In this document: piece after piece, positions 29,228-44,770 of the stretch
Layout: every line of letters begins with the position of its first letter
How positions within the stretch are numbered: the stretch's first letter is position 1
Assembly (NCBI RefSeq): GCF_009914755.1
Contig: NC_060936.1
Strand: one strand, 5' to 3'
Length of the DNA stretch: 64,000 bases
Source of the DNA: the human T2T-CHM13v2.0 reference genome, Homo sapiens
The notes under the pieces: generated by a model
What the model was told of the DNA's origin: nothing
The model's database searches: none
What the model saw: the letters and a program-made list of their open reading frames with translations, nothing else
Position numbers and translations under genes: made by a program

Positions 29228-30679
29228 TGACTCTGCTCTTCACTTTCCCCCTGTGGATATATAACAGGCACAGGGCTGGGGACCTAGTGGTCACTCAGTA
29301 AATGTGCATGTATGAATGCACAAGTGTTACATTCAGTCTTTCTCCAGCATGAACTGTGGTATCAGAGGTGTGGTGGGTCCTGGACGCTCCACTTCATAGC
29401 TGTGTAACCTGCCTGGGCCGGGGCTTCCTGGCGCTCTAGTTATGGGTACCGTTCACCACTTCTCTGCGCATGCAGGAGGATTATCCTTGCTGGTCCTGTG
29501 GTCAGATGGGGCCATGTGACTGGTGATTGCTTCCAGGCCAGGGCATTCCATAGTTAATGAGGAGAACAACTAGGCCTCTCTTTTCCCTTTGGACTGGAGA
29601 TCAAATGTTCTAGATGCAGAATGGAGTGTATAATGTGCACGTTTGTGTAAAAGTGGGGCAGAGCATCACACTTTTTCATGCCTGTAGGTGCATCGAATAT
29701 CTCTGCAGGGCTAATAAGGAAAAGAATAACTTGGGTTGGCTGCGGGGAGTGGATTTGGGAGTCTCGGGAGGTAGCAGTAGAAGGAAGACTATTCTTTTAT
29801 ACTTTTTGAATTTTACATCTTAGGAATGGATTATCTATTCAAAAGTTAACATTATGTTATGAATCAAAATCAGACCCCCAGTTCCAATCTGAGGTGAAGC
29901 TGCGAATGTTTGCCTCAGGAATCAGAGGACAGTAACAAGGTTCAGTCCTGCATCCTCCGTGTCTGGAGTCTGGAGTCTGTCATTCGATTTCTCATGTCTG
30001 TCAGCATGGGTTTGCCTCTTCTCTTTAAGGAGACCTGAATAGAAATGGTTTTCACTGAGAAATCCATTGTCCATTTTTTATGTAACAAGCGTTTTCCTCC
30101 AGGTTGGTAATAGAAAGAAACAGAGACGATTCTGAAAAGTTGTATTTAAGAACGTGGTGTAAGATGATTTCTGAGTCATCATTTGCTAGAAGGGTTTTGG
30201 ATGTTGTCAGAAAGATAGAGGCAGTGGGGAAAAAATTGTGGCAATTGTCTTAGCTGTCTCTGGGCTTGTCACGGTGATGCTGATAAAATCAGATAAGCTG
30301 GAAGTAAGGGTGAGCTGTAGTGTGAGAAATTGTCATGGGTTTGGCAGCCGAGAAAGTGGAGGTGCCTCAAGTGTTTGCTCATTATCAAGATTTATTGTTT
30401 TCAGCTCTGAGAAAATGTTGGTAAGCAAAAATAGAACCACTCATGCCAGTCTGCAAAGTACTTTACACATTTTAAAAACAGAAAAATAAGAAGACTCTAA
30501 CATCCTTTTCCTGTGTTTGGGAAGTGGGGCAATGGGTTGGCCGACTGATTATGTGCTGACTTAGGAGTCAGATGGAGAGGTTTTGGAGTATTTACAAGGG
30601 AAAAATATATTTGAGATTTAAACAAAAGCAGAAGAAACCAAACAAGAGAGAGTTGAAGATGGTGATCTTCTATGTTTAC

Positions 30680-31470
30680 GTAAAATATTTCTTGATTAGA
30701 GAAATGTATAGAAAATAATATAACAAATACTCATTCACCTACCCCCAGCTTTATTAACTCTTGCTATTTGGCTTTATTTTCTTCAAATTTTAAAAGAAAT
30801 ATATTTTACAGATATAATTGGAGCCCTCAGTACCTCATTATTTCTCTCCCTTCTCTGAGGTAGGCATTATCATTACCATGCATGTTTTTTTGCAGTTTTT
30901 AATATAAACTATAGAAATAATTATTGCATATGTTTCTAATTTTTATAAAAAGTATTATACCATTCATATACATGTGCAACTTGATTTTTACTCTCATTTC
31001 CTTCTATTTAAAAACAATTGAGTTATAATGAGCATGCCATGTAATTCATCTTTTTAAAGTGAACAATTCAGTCGTTTTTAGTATATTCAGAAAGTCATGG
31101 AATCATTGCATTATGTAATTTCAGAATATTTTTGTCACACTCAAAGAAACTGCATCCAGTAGCAGTCACTTCCCATTCCCCCACTTACCCCAGTCCTTGG
31201 CAACCACGATTCTACTTTTTGTCTTTATGGATTGACCTACTTTGGACATTTCCTGTCAATGGAGTCATATATCCTCTCTTGTGACTGGCTTCTTTCACTT
31301 AGCATTATGCTTTTAAGGTTCATTTGTATTGCAGCATTTCTCAGTAATTCTTTTTATGGCAAAATAATATTCTATTGTATAGAAATACCACATTTTGTTG
31401 ATCCATTCATTGCTTGATAGAAAATTGGGTTGCTTTCACCTTTTGGGGGGGATGAACCATAAGGATACGA
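30680..31470 (-). mobile_element. Old L1M 3' fragments
   Basis: aagtgaacaattcagtcgtttttagtatattcag...ggcaaccacgattctactttttgtct...ggcttctttcacttagcattatg. Confidence 0.75.
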
Positions 31471-31683
31471 AGGTGTTTCATGGAACCCAAGGAAAGCATT
31501 GTAGTCGGTTCCAGGAACTGCAACCAGGAAGTAGAAATTTACCAGAAACTCTGGAAATATTTATTCTAACTTCTACCCTGTCCTTTTCACTCTCATCTCT
31601 TTTTTCAGTTCTTAGTCTGCTTGGTAGAAGAGATAACTGCACAGCTGGTTAGAGTTCACATCTCTGCTTGAAAAAGCATCCCA

Positions 31684-32026
<343 letters not shown>

Positions 32027-33325
32027 TCACATTCCTAGGAAGTGTCCCTCATCCAGTTGAGGTGAGGGTTCACCACCAAGTCCAGCCCATGGCTAGAGAT
32101 TGGGTCTCATAAGGTCATGCCATGTCCCGCCCTATGGACAAGGGTAAGAGTGGAAATAGGTACGTGAATTCTCAGCAGAATGAGGAATCATTGGTGAGCT
32201 GGAAACACAGTGCAAAAGGTGCCTACTAGGGAGCTCAAAACCAAGTGTGTTTTCTCAGAAATCACAAATGTCCGCAGGGACTTGGGGGACATGATAAGTG
32301 AGTAAAGTGGCTCAGGCCTATTGGAAAGTTTCAACCCTAATAAAGGGGACAGTGTTCTGCCCCAGCTGGTTATTACCACATGGGAATGTGGAATAGTGTT
32401 GCCTAACCTTCTCCAGAGAAGGCAGAATTACTATTTTGGGGGGTATAGATTCTCCATATTTAAAAATATCGCCAGCTGATTCGAATTTTGTAAAACATGA
32501 TAGTGGGAATGATTAAGCAAAGTATGGCTCTGGCTGTGAGCAGCTCAGTTATATGAAGCTGCAACCTCTGGGATTTCGATTTAATTTTTCCCATCAGCCA
32601 GAAATGCTGTAAAGGAACCCAGTTTCTTAGAGTATGCCCAGTTGGCACAGTCCTAGATTTTTTTTAAAGTTCTGTGTAGCAATTTGATGATGGGAAGTCA
32701 GAAAATCTAACGAGTAATGAGAGAATGTTTTGAGTCCTAAAAGATAAGTCCCTGATTTAGACTAGTGGACCTTAAGTATTTGTAGCCTGTAGACCTTTGA
32801 CTGCCAACCGCTGCCTGCCTGGTCTTTTCAGAGCATACTCAGAGAAAGCAGAACTGCCCTTGACAAAACGGAAATGAGGAGGTGGTGCCTGGATCCTATG
32901 AAACTGCAGAAGTAGATGGTTTGTTTATGCTCCATTCTGAGAGCCAGCCATTAGATCCTGATGAAAAAAAAGGTTGTATGAGAGGCAGAGAGACGAACTA
33001 AAGACCTCTAGTCTGTTGAAGGGATCCGTGAGCAGGAATGTGCCCTCTCCTCTCCAGGACATCAGTGTTGGTGGGGACTCAGGGAGTGGGAAGGATGTCA
33101 GGAGGGGAAACGGGGGTGATGAGGGGACCCCACGCAGTGGGGCTGTGGCAGCTGCCTGTCATCTAGCCCAGTCCTCAAAGCTCAGCCACAGCCCAGCCTC
33201 CCCGGGAGCCTTCCCTGGCCTGCCTGCCTACGCAGGTCTGTCTCCTTCACTCACCTGCAGCTCAGGGGCTCTGCTGCACTCGGCACATGCTCCTCTGAGA
33301 CCCGCTCAAACTGTGTTTAACACTC

Positions 33326-33672
33326 TTCATTCATTCATTCATTCAACAGATGTCTAATGAGCATCTCCTATGTCCCAGACAGCCTTCTAAGTGTGGGGGA
33401 TACATTCGTGAGCAAAACAGGCACTTACATACTTGTATGTGCGTGTGCGTGTGCCTGTGTGCGTGTGTGCGTGTGAGAGACAGCGAGAGCGTGCGTGTGC
33501 GAGAGAGTATCAACATTATCAATAAATAACAGTATGTTAGAAGATAAAAGCCATGGAAAAGCTAGAGCCGGATAAGGGGGTTGGAATTGTGGAGATGAGA
33601 ACAGAATTTTAACTGGGGTGGTCAGAGGAGGCTTTACTGAGCTGGCAGCCTTCAAACAAAGACTTGAAGGAT
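33326..33672 (-). mobile_element. L2 3' fragment containing a (TG/CG) microsatellite at 33435-33507
   Basis: ttcattcattcattcattcaacaga...gagcatctcctatgtcccag. Confidence 0.7.
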
Positions 33673-35237
33673 GCTCTTTTTTGTTTAGCACCTTGTGTTC
33701 ATGCTGATGGTTTGGGATACAGTTTTCCTATGAATTTTTTAGCTTAAAATAGACTTATTCATTCAGCAAACACTTGTTGAGGATCTGCTTGGTTTCTACT
33801 CGCCCTTCAGGTCTCAGCTCAGATGCCAGCTTCTTACTCCAGAACGCCCTTCCACTGTCTTCTGTTGTAATTTATATTCTATTTTGAAATTTAAGGTGAC
33901 CATTTTTAAATTGTATTTTTTTAATTTTTAAAAATTGAAGAATTTTGTTTAATTCTTAAAACAACTTTCATTCTTCCACTTCGTGTTCATGATAGCATTT
34001 GTCATTATGTGGTCTTTTATTTTCCTGACTAGTAAGACAGGAGTCTCATCTGTTTTGTCTACTAATGAATCTCAGTGCCCAGCACACCACAGGGGGTGCC
34101 AAATAAATATTAGTGAATAATGTGCCAGGAACTGCAGTGACTATGGTGTTATAATAGGTTTTGGCTTTTGAGGAACTTACTGTGGTCCAGTAGTGAAGAC
34201 AGACGTGTCTTCTCTAAGCAGAGTATATAAACAGACTTACGGCCTGGAAGGAGAATACGGCTCAAGGCTCTGCTGGCTGGTCGCTTCTTGTCTCCCAGAA
34301 TGCAAACGCCACACGCCCCCCACCCCCAACGAGTTTTACAGGGTATCCTATTGGGTCTTTTAAGTATGTTCAAAGAATTAAACAAATACTCATTGAACTC
34401 CTACAGTTTTTCGGGCACTGTGTCAGCACTACAGTCAGGGCAGCAGTAGTACAGGCACGTCTGTGTCCTCATGGAGGTCATGGTCGAGAGGAGGAGTCAG
34501 AGGTCCCCGTCTCCCATTGTATCTCCTGAGAGGCACCAGCAAATCCTATCTTGGGACATTTGTTCAGTGTAATCATCACTCAGTAGTTTACCTTGCTTTT
34601 TGGTCATCTTAAAAATTAATGCCTAGAAAAAGTCTCATAAGAAAAAACAGATACCTGAGACCAGAGACAGCTTCTCTTGTCCCATTTTTAGAATTCCCAT
34701 GTGGGGAAAGTGTTACCATCTCTGCCTGGTAGCTCAGAACCATCCAGACGTTTGCAAAAAATAATCTATGTAAATGACACAACTTGCTGGAGAACAGTTC
34801 AAGCTTTCGAACTTGCCCACTCTTCTTCATTTCTTCCTCCCTCCCACCTTTCTGATCCCTCCCTCCCTTCCCTGGTCCTGTGAAGCAGTCACTCTTGTGA
34901 TCATGAGCGATGCACTGAGGAACAGCCGCATGTGGTCCTGGGGACACACTGCTGGGTTAGGTGCCCTGTACGTCTCTGCTGCCCTGTGTCTTCTCCTCCT
35001 CCTCCTCCTCCTGGCTGGCACGACTGAGCTGCAGCCACACTGTGCACTAAAAGGTGCCTCAGCCCCTCCTCAGGGGTCCCAGGGCTCCAGAGAGGAGGAT
35101 TAGCTTTTACGGAAGGGGAGGTTTCCATGACAAACAGGGCTTCTGGGAGGCAAGTCCTTTTGGAAGGAAGGTGTATGCTCTAGCTTGAGGGAGAAACAGC
35201 CAAGCAGTGTCGCCACTCCATGGCGGATTCCTCCTAA

Positions 35238-36310
35238 CACACGCAGACACACTCACACAAACACATATGTTCGCACATTCTCTCCCACACTCACACACGC
35301 ATTCTCTCTCATGCACACTCAAACACACACGTTCACACATTCTCTCACACACATGCATTCTCACACACATTCATACATTCACTCACACACAAATTCTCTC
35401 ACACACTCATACACACTATTCACATGTTCTCTTACAGAAACAACACATTCTGTCACACTCACACACACATTGACACATTCACTCACACCTCTTTCACACG
35501 TTCTCTCACAAACATTCAAACATTTGCTCACACACTCTCACACACTCATACACACATTCACACATTCCCTCACAGAAACACATTCACACATTCTGTCACA
35601 CACACATACATTGACACATTCGCTCACACCCCTTCACACATTCTCACGCTCACACACATTCATTCAGTCTGTCTCCCACACTCACACACACACATTCCCT
35701 CTCACACACACTCATACAACACATATTCACACATTTAGTCACACACATTGACACATTCACACCCCCTTCACACATTCTTTCTCACACTCACACACATTCC
35801 CTCCCACACTCACACAACACATTCACACGTTCTCACACACATTCACACACATTCTCACACATATTCACACATTCTCACACACATTCGCACATCTCTTTCA
35901 CATTCACACAAATACACATTCTATCAACACATATTCACACATTCTGTCACACACACACCTCCACACATTCTCCCTGTCACACACACTCATAGACATTCTC
36001 ATGCACACATTTACACACACAAACATGTACATATCCTATTTCTCTGTCACACACAGAGCTGCACATTCTCTCTTGTGCCGACACACACACATGCACACAT
36101 TCTCCTTTCTCCCAGACTCCTATGCACTCCCACACACTCTCACACCCCCACGTTCACGCATTCTCTCACATATACTCACACACACTTTCACGCTATCTCA
36201 CACACACTAACACACACTATCACACACACACTATCGCAATCTCACACACACACTCACACACTATCACATTCTCACACACACACTCACATACACTATCGCA
36301 CTCTCACATG
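35238..36310. repeat. About 1.07-kb degenerate CA-rich array (CACACATT/CTCACACA units)
   Basis: Almost G-free on + strand; recurring cacacattctc, cacacattgacacattc. Confidence 0.95.
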
Positions 36311-37181
36311 CCTCCTTCCCCACTGCAGGAAAAATTGCCTAATGAATGTCTCATGGCTGAAACACCGATCCTGATTCCTGAAAGGCGGTTGTAATTATTA
36401 AACTGAGAGAATCATGAAACACTTCTTGATATTTGAAAGGCTTATCAAGACTAGATCAGGAGCAGGTCAAATTACCAGTTATGAACTCATTTTTGTAGAA
36501 ATGGACTCATTAGCAAGCATGCCCATTGCCTAAAAGTATAAGACCTCTTTCCTCTGGATTGAGAGAAATGACTTTAAAAAAAACCTGTACATAAAAGCAG
36601 CTCTGCCTTAATTGTTATTCCATTCATTGCTGGACTTGGGCAGGTTCCTGCAGCTGGTCCAGCTCACAAGCTGGGAAATTGGAGAGGAGCAGGACGTGCC
36701 CACAGTCAGAAGGGCTGATCATCTTATGCAGACCTACCCTCTTTGCCTAAAGACTGGCCACTTCTCTTTCTTTACCCCAGGACCAGAGTATGAATCTAGC
36801 AGGATGAAATGGCTGGTGGAAGAGCTCATTTCTCCTCTCACTGGATCTTCGCTTCCCTGGCATTAGCTTCTCTGAGGTCTACGGAATGCTGAGAACCCGG
36901 GAGGTTTTGGAAGCAGCTTCCTAGTTCTGGTTACAAAGCACAGTGCGGCCCAAAGAGAAATTGAAAATTTGGTCTGACAGGACCAAGCATCTCTCGTAGG
37001 AGGTGACTTAACAGATGGATTCGTGGAGAATTTCTGTGACTAGTGAAGAGAAATTAGGCTGGAATATGGTTGATGGGAAATGGCAGGGGTGCAGGTGGGG
37101 TGACTCTAGCTGAAAACTGAGCTGAAAGCTCAGCCCTTCATCTATTTCTTTGCCTTTCACTAAAGATACCCAGGTAAATAG

Positions 37182-37594
<413 letters not shown>

Positions 37595-37959
37595 CAACAC
37601 ATATTTTCTTGCAAAACAACTTGTGCCAATGGATATTTGAAGATTTATAGATCCCAAGTACCTATGTGCAGCTTAGGGTCAGCTGGGACCACCTGGCTAT
37701 GTTTGCCCATGGGAGCCCCTAAACTTTTCCACAGCTGTGTGTCTCCTATGATTTTGAGATCATCACAGTATGAATTCATATTACTGGATGGTACATGAAG
37801 TGAGTACACACCCATTCCCTCATTCCATCCCCATAATTCTACTGAAAGTAGAAAGACCAATATTATTGTTATTCACTCATTTTTCAGACAAGGAAGCTGA
37901 TGGCGGAATGGGCATGAATGTCTTTCCCAGGGTACAAAGCAGGTCAGCAGTTGTCTACC

Positions 37960-38122
37960 TGCCCTGTGCAACATGTCACCAAGGGCCACATGTGGCTGGT
38001 GAGCATTTGAAATTAGGATACTGTGACTGAAGAACTGAATTTAAATTTGATTTATTTTTAAATTATTTTAATTTGCACGTAAATGGCCATTTGTGGCTGG
38101 TGGCCACAATATTGGGCACTGT
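37960..38122. mobile_element. MER3/MER33-like hAT MITE
   Basis: gccacatgtggct...gagcatttgaaat...actgaagaactgaatttaaattt...ggccatttgtggctggtggc. Confidence 0.65.
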
Positions 38123-39503
38123 GGTATCAGAGAGTTCCTTAAAATCTTGGCTAAATAGGAAAAAGGTTGCCCATGACCTATTCTATGTGGAGTACAATGT
38201 AGTTTCCCTTTGGGTAGAATTTCTTACCAATCAGGTCAGTGTGATTTCGTGTTGTCAGTGCTGTGGCTATATTCCAGTGTTCCTCTGATACCTCTTGGCA
38301 TATACAAGGAAGCAGATGTGGTTTCCCCACCACTGTTCTTGTAGGAGCTCCAGTGCAGGGGAGCTGTCCGTGGTAGGAGAGTCCATTACACAAGCAGCAG
38401 GCAGCAGTTTCTTTTTCAAAACTCCACACAGGTTGTGAGTTTGGGAGCCCAGACTGCAGACCTTGCCTAGGCCCCCAGAGGCAGGAAGGAGACTTCTCAG
38501 CCTACATTGGTCCTAGGAGGCTCATTGGCAGAGAAGGAGCTGCTGGTGTGTGTGGCTCAGGCCTTGGGGGAGCTTGCGGATCAGCTGCTCTGCTGTTGCC
38601 TTCCTTGTATCTGGGTGGAGCTGGATTCACTGGGATGGAAACAGGCTGATGGATCAGGGTCATTCACAATCCTGTGCTGCATGGCTTTCTGTTTTAACTC
38701 TGTTCAGTGACTTCCCTGTCAATGCGATAGCCTGCAATTTACAAGTCCATGTCAATGACAAGGGGCTCCCTGCACATACAAATACCATAATCACACTAGT
38801 CTTTTTCAGTTATGAAGAATTCACCAACTTCATAGCCCCCCCACCTGCAAACACACATATGATCTTGTCATTCCATGAATTAAGGCAGGTGGGATTTTTT
38901 TACATTACTTCTAATCCCATTTGGTGAAATGAGAAGTCCAGTGTAGTATCTTCTTATGTTGCTCGTAGTTTATGTAGTAAACCACGTAGTGTGTGAAGTT
39001 CTTTCTCACTCTCAGTCTCCTGATGCTTCCACACACCCATGAAGTCCCCACTATTCTCTGCAAATTCTAAAGCTTGGAGAGTTTTAACAACTGGTCTACA
39101 GACCTCAGCTAAGTAGAAGCAGGAATGGCCAAGGTCCAGGGTGTGCTTTGTGATTGGAAGAGCAGTGAAGCTACATGAAATGGCTTGGGGGCCTTTCCTG
39201 AGTGTGGAACTTGGACTGTGGCATGCCCGTGCCTGGGCTGGGGAGGGGAGAGCTGTGCGTGGCATGCGAAGAGGTGAAATGCTGACCGAGTTACTCATCC
39301 AGTGAAAGACAGCCTGCTTTCTGCAACACGGAGCCCTAGAGACGGATCGTCAGCCCATTCTGAGGTGTGGGCTGCTGATGGGCAGCTGTGAATTAGGCTC
39401 CGACAACACTGCCGTGTGAGTTGTTGAACTTGGCAGTCATTCTTTTGGTTGACAAATAAGAATGTGGCAATTTATTACATTCTTGACATTCTGCTGTGTC
39501 TGA

Positions 39504-39776
<273 letters not shown>

Positions 39777-40629
39777 TAAACATGATGCACTGTATAATCT
39801 GTTATTTTCCACATACCTGATACACTGTTTAAACAAGGAAAATATACTTAAATTGCATTTGATCTACCTGCTTTTCATAATGGCTCCTTGGGAACTATTT
39901 AAGGTCTACCATGTAAATCCCTTTTCATTTGTGGATATTGCGGAACTGTTTCCTGGGGAGCCCTTATTCTTTATTTTCTCAATCTGCGTGCATATCAGGA
40001 CTGAGTGCTGCGCTGAGTGAAAACAGTTTTGTTGAAATGCATCAGGGTTACACGTTGGGAACAGTGGCTCTATATGCCAAGTAACTGACCCCTTGTCAAT
40101 TGGCTTTGCCCTTAAGTCTCCCAGGTAACTTATGGATTGGAAAACTCTAAAATGCAGATGGACTGAAAGAGCCTTGCTGGGAACTGACCACTTTAAGCTG
40201 GGTAGAGCCCCAGAGTCCACAAAACTGTCTGTGTTTCTGCTTCACTGGCCTGGAGGTGATTGGATTTCTTCTCCTGGGCTTGGTTGAAGTTACGTTCATA
40301 GTCAAGCTCAGGGGCTACATCTGAGATCAGGGTCATGGGTGAGATTCCAGAGTCTAAATTCCAGAGATTCCACGGAGACAGTAAGTCCATGGGTACTACC
40401 TGCTTAATACCCTTTTCCACACTGGAAATGTTCAACCATTTTCTGCACTGCCTTGACTTTCCTGTCTGGTACCAAAGTGTGGGATCCATGTCCAGATACT
40501 CTAGAAAAATCTGTGGGTGCTTTTGATCATTCATCATGCAAGTTAAACAACAAAGTTGAGACTCCTTTGAACCCTGTATCTTAGAATTAATTCTGCCATC
40601 CCCGAATCCCGAGTGTCTCAAGTGCGTTG

Positions 40630-40965
40630 AATGTGTCTCTCTGCTGGGAACACACTTTCCCTACATCTCCCACGTCTGGGTCCTTTTCCCCACCTCAACT
40701 GTTAGGGAGTCACCTTCTCTGACCTTGTTGGCTAAAATTGGCCCTCCCTCCCCTGCCAGCTCATCACCCTCTACCTGTCATCATCCTGTTTTATCTTCTT
40801 CCTAGACATTATCACTGGTTGATATTTAGGGTTCATTTTCTGTCTTCCTCCCCAGAAGGTGGGATTCATGACAGTAGGGTTATCCTGGTCAGTTGTGTCC
40901 ACATCTTTCACCCCTGCACCTAGCACAATGGCTGGCACAGTTAATGTTTGTTGAATGAATGAATG
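40630..40965 (+). mobile_element. L2 3' fragment
   Basis: gcacctagcacaatggctggcacag...atgtttgttgaatgaatgaat. Confidence 0.7.
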
Positions 40966-41289
40966 GATCTGTGCTTTAGTCCAAGCTTCCAGGGTCATTT
41001 AGTTTTTGAAGATTAGACTGACGGAGATCATTCCTATCATCATTGGCCCACATTGTGGTTTGAAGGCAGCCAATCTAGATGGGGAAGTACCTGTTAGGGA
41101 ACAGAGATGGATGGGTGTGGGTTTTAAGGTGGAATGAAACTGCATCCCTTGTGCCTGGGAACCCATCTATAAATTCTCCAGCTCAGCTAGGTCAGGCTGA
41201 GGTTGGGAAATCTCTACTCAATGTCCTTACCACTTTGCTCTATGCTTTATCTGTAGCACTGCATTCACTGTGGGTTTGGAAGCTACCAC

Positions 41290-41440
41290 TGCTGCCACCT
41301 CCTCTACTTCCACCTTCTCCTTCCTCCTTCTCTTCCTCTTCCTTCACTTCCCCTCCTTCTCTTTCTCATTCTCCTTCTCCTTCTTTCTCCTTCTCCTTCT
41401 TCTCCTCCTTCCTCTTCCCCTTCCCCTTCTCCTTTTCCTT
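41290..41440. repeat. Polypyrimidine (CCTTCT)n low-complexity tract
   Basis: Visible CT-only run. Confidence 0.85.
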
Positions 41441-42384
41441 ATTCCAAAGCAAGTCATGGAAAGATCAGTGGCAATTAATGCTGGACTGCCCCTGCATGAA
41501 GTAAGGGCACTAGGGTACATAGCTACACAATGTACAAAAAATGGGCTCACTATTTTCAGAGTCTGATGTGAAGCAGAAATCCCTCTGTAGTTAGAACAGA
41601 GCAGCTTTAAATGCAAGGACTTAAGTACACAGGGAATGAAACAGATGAGAAGCAGATGTAGAACAGAAGAGAGCTGGGCACCCTAGTAAGAGTGGGAATC
41701 TGCTACTACCCCCAGGCCAGAGGGTGAGGGTGGAGGGGTTATTACCAGAGCCCAGGACCTGGGGGTCACTGCTGCAGCTAGAATCACATTTGAGCAGCCT
41801 GGTTAGGGCTGGAGTGTGGGAGAGATTCAACTGTTGCGAAGGATGCTACCTGAGGCAGGGCTGGGAGCGGGGTGAGGAATTACCTGGCTTCTGCCTCCCT
41901 CCTCCTGCCAGATCCTGCAAAGTCTTTCACTTAATCTCATTCTGCTGGCTGAGGCATAAGCTTAGGAAGCAGCATCTTCAGGGCTCAACACTGCTATGAT
42001 CCAGAACTGATCAGAGGAGGGCCAGGAACTGGATTTGAGGGTGACGGGCTCCAGCCAGTGCCATTATCTTGCTTGTTTTATTGCATGATGTGACTCCTGT
42101 GAACCAAATCCAGCCTGTCCCTCAGAAGCTTGCATATTCAGAACGTGGCCATGCCAAGTCTCGTTCCTCTCAGGTCTCCTTTTGGCTCCCTCGGCCCAGA
42201 ATGCTCCATTATGGCTGATTTCTTGTCACTTTTCATTTGAAGGTCAACTCGTGGAGAGGCTTCTCCTGGTTACTCTGGCTAAATTAGTCTCCCCCTTTCT
42301 ATTTTCACTTATTTGTCCTTGTCTTGTGCAGATCCCATCACAGTCTGTGATCCATGCTTATTTATGAGTGTTTGTGTCCTGTCT

Positions 42385-43082
42385 GTCTCAGTCTAGGTCC
42401 AGCCATAAGAAAGAATGTGAACACGGAAAGTTTAAAATAGAGAATTGTTAACTATCACAGAGGACTGGGATAGTGAGGGATTGGTTAGTTAGAAGTGAAG
42501 AGAACTCTAAAGAGTATAGGAATGGCAGATACAGGGAGCAGCTGCTAGCCTGAGGGCTGAACTATAATGCTGAAAGAAGAGGTTTCCCTGCCTATCCCCC
42601 CAAAGCAACATTTCTTGAGAGGTTATGGTCACAGCTTACTGAATGGCAGACAAGTTGCTGATGCAGCACTCGAGTAGAGCTTGATGGGAATCTGTCCTCT
42701 GTAGTGCTAGGGACAGCTGTTCACAAGTGATGCACTTGCTACCAAACTACTGAAGGTGGACCTTGGGGAAAGCTGCCAGCTGTGAGGTGCTGCTGGCCAC
42801 CATGAACTGTAGGAGTGGGACACCGAGGAAGCCACCAATGCTGGAGAAGGTCCGTGCATGGCAGGAGCTGCAGAGAGAGGGCCTCAGCATCAGAAAGTCA
42901 ACCCTTTCCTCCCAAACTGTCTCTCCAGTATGTTCTACTGACAAAGCCTAATATCGTGCCCATTGGAAAAGCAAAAATATTAAAATAGGGCTCAGATCTA
43001 TTTTCACAGAGCAGGTAATGAGGGGTGAACTTGGAGCTGAGAGGCCATGAATCGATAACAAGCATACTGCAGGTCTTCCACA
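42385..43082 (-). mobile_element. Probable old ERVL-class LTR, family not assigned
   Basis: tgtctcagtctaggtccag...tttaaaatagagaattgttaacta start and ...actgacaaagcctaatatc...ccaca end resemble reversed ERVL LTRs. Confidence 0.4.
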
Positions 43083-43241
43083 CTGGATTTCAAGCTCCCT
43101 GATGAGAGGAGCCATGCTTGTTTTGCTTGCTGGATGTTTTTTCAGCATGGTGCCGAATATATAGTATTTGCTCAGCAAATGAACAAATGGTTATGCCTAC
43201 CATCAGAGCCTGAGTCCATTGGCTAGAGAGCTCTTGCTTGC

Positions 43242-43720
43242 CATATTATTAATTTTCCTGTGCTGCGCTAACAAATTACCATAAACTCAATGACTTTAAA
43301 AACCTACAGATTTATTCTCTTAGAGTTCTGGAGGTCAGAAGTCTTAAGTAGGTTCCCTGGGCTAAAGCAAAGTTGTCAGGAGGGCTGGTTCCTTCTGGAA
43401 GCTCTAGGGGAGAATTTATTCTGTACCGTTTCCAGCTTCTAGAGGCCATCAGCTTTCCTTGGCTCGTGGGTCCACATGACTCTCATCTCTGCTTCCATCA
43501 TTGTATCACCTTCTCTGAGTCTCCTGCTTTCTCTTCCCTTTTAAGGACCCTTGTGATGACATGGGGCCCACCGAGATAATTCAGGATAATCTCCCCATCT
43601 CAAGATCCCTAACTTAATCACACTTGCAGAGATTCCTTTGGCCATGCCAAGTAACATATTCACAGGTTCTGGGATTAGGACGTGGACATCTCTGGAGGGG
43701 GCTGTTATTTTCCTACCACA
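43242..43720 (-). mobile_element. MLT1C/D solo LTR
   Basis: taacaaattaccataaactc...ttctggaggtcagaagtc...ggataatctccccatctcaagatcc...cctaccaca; cttgc on both flanks. Confidence 0.85.
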
Positions 43721-44504
43721 CTTGCTTATGCAGGATTCCAGCTCTCTCTAGTTGGAGCTTCCTCAAACTGGGTGCTCAGGGCTCTCCATCTCTTCTCCCA
43801 TGATCTGCTCTGTCATTGTGTTGTAGCCCCAGGCTGCTGCCTGCACCAGCTTACAGCTTAATGCCTCCCAGGCTGCTGCCTTGGGAGCTCTCTTGGCCTC
43901 CATGTCACTCTGGCACCTCTGACAGCTCCAAGATCCTAGGGATACTACTCTCTCCTCATCGGGGATGCACTTTCATTGTGCTTGGCTCTTCCAGAGGACC
44001 CCAGAGCAGAGCTTCCAGAGCACCAAGGAACATGAGTCTCTTAGTTTTCACAGGCATCCTCATCCCCAGGGGGGATGTGGACAGCCACAGGACAGGGGCT
44101 GGGTGGGCTCTGGTCACAATTTCACATCACTGTCCTCTAATCCTGGGACTGGGAGGAGGAGACCCGAAGTCAAAGCCCAGCTGGCCTCTCATTCTCCACG
44201 TAGCCTCAGGCTGGTCACCTAACCTCCCTTTGCTTTAGTAGCTCATGTGTGAGTTTACAAGCAAGAGTACCTCTTCTGTCTACTTCACAGTGGTGTCAGA
44301 TGGATAAACTGAGCCATAAAAAATATGAACATGCTTAAACTATCAAAGCAAATATAAAAGTCATGTATGTAAAGGGAAAATGTCCCAGATAGGGCACTGG
44401 ATCAGATTCAGCTGGCGTGTGGGATTAACAATCCTCTCTATCCAGCCAGTTTCGTTATCCTATTGATTTGCCTGGGAAAATTTCAATTATGATTACCTTC
44501 GAGG

Positions 44505-44770
44505 TAGGTGGCAGTGAGATATTTTGGTCAAGAGTGAGGGCTATTGGGTCAACCTGCCTAGTTTGAAATTTGAACTCCAGTTACTAGCTTCATGATATTG
44601 GGCAAGTCACTCAATCTTTCTGAAGCTCCAATTATTTATCTGTAAACTGTAAAAATCACATTCCCTGCCTGATAGTTTTGTGAGGATTAAATGATATACT
44701 AAGGTAAAGTGTTTGCCCATTGGCCTGGCATACTGCATGCACTCAATAATGTTGAGCTGTTATAATTTTC
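44505..44770 (+). mobile_element. MIR, near full length
   Basis: gggcaagtcactcaatctttctgaagctc...tctgtaaa...tgtgaggattaaatga. Confidence 0.8.

Noticed and set aside
34774-35103. ORF with a leucine run resembling a signal peptide or TM segment
   Set aside because: The Leu run comes from a short (CTC)n repeat; no recognisable homology or exon boundaries.
35185-36394. His/Thr-rich ORFs
   Set aside because: Translation of CA-rich low-complexity DNA.
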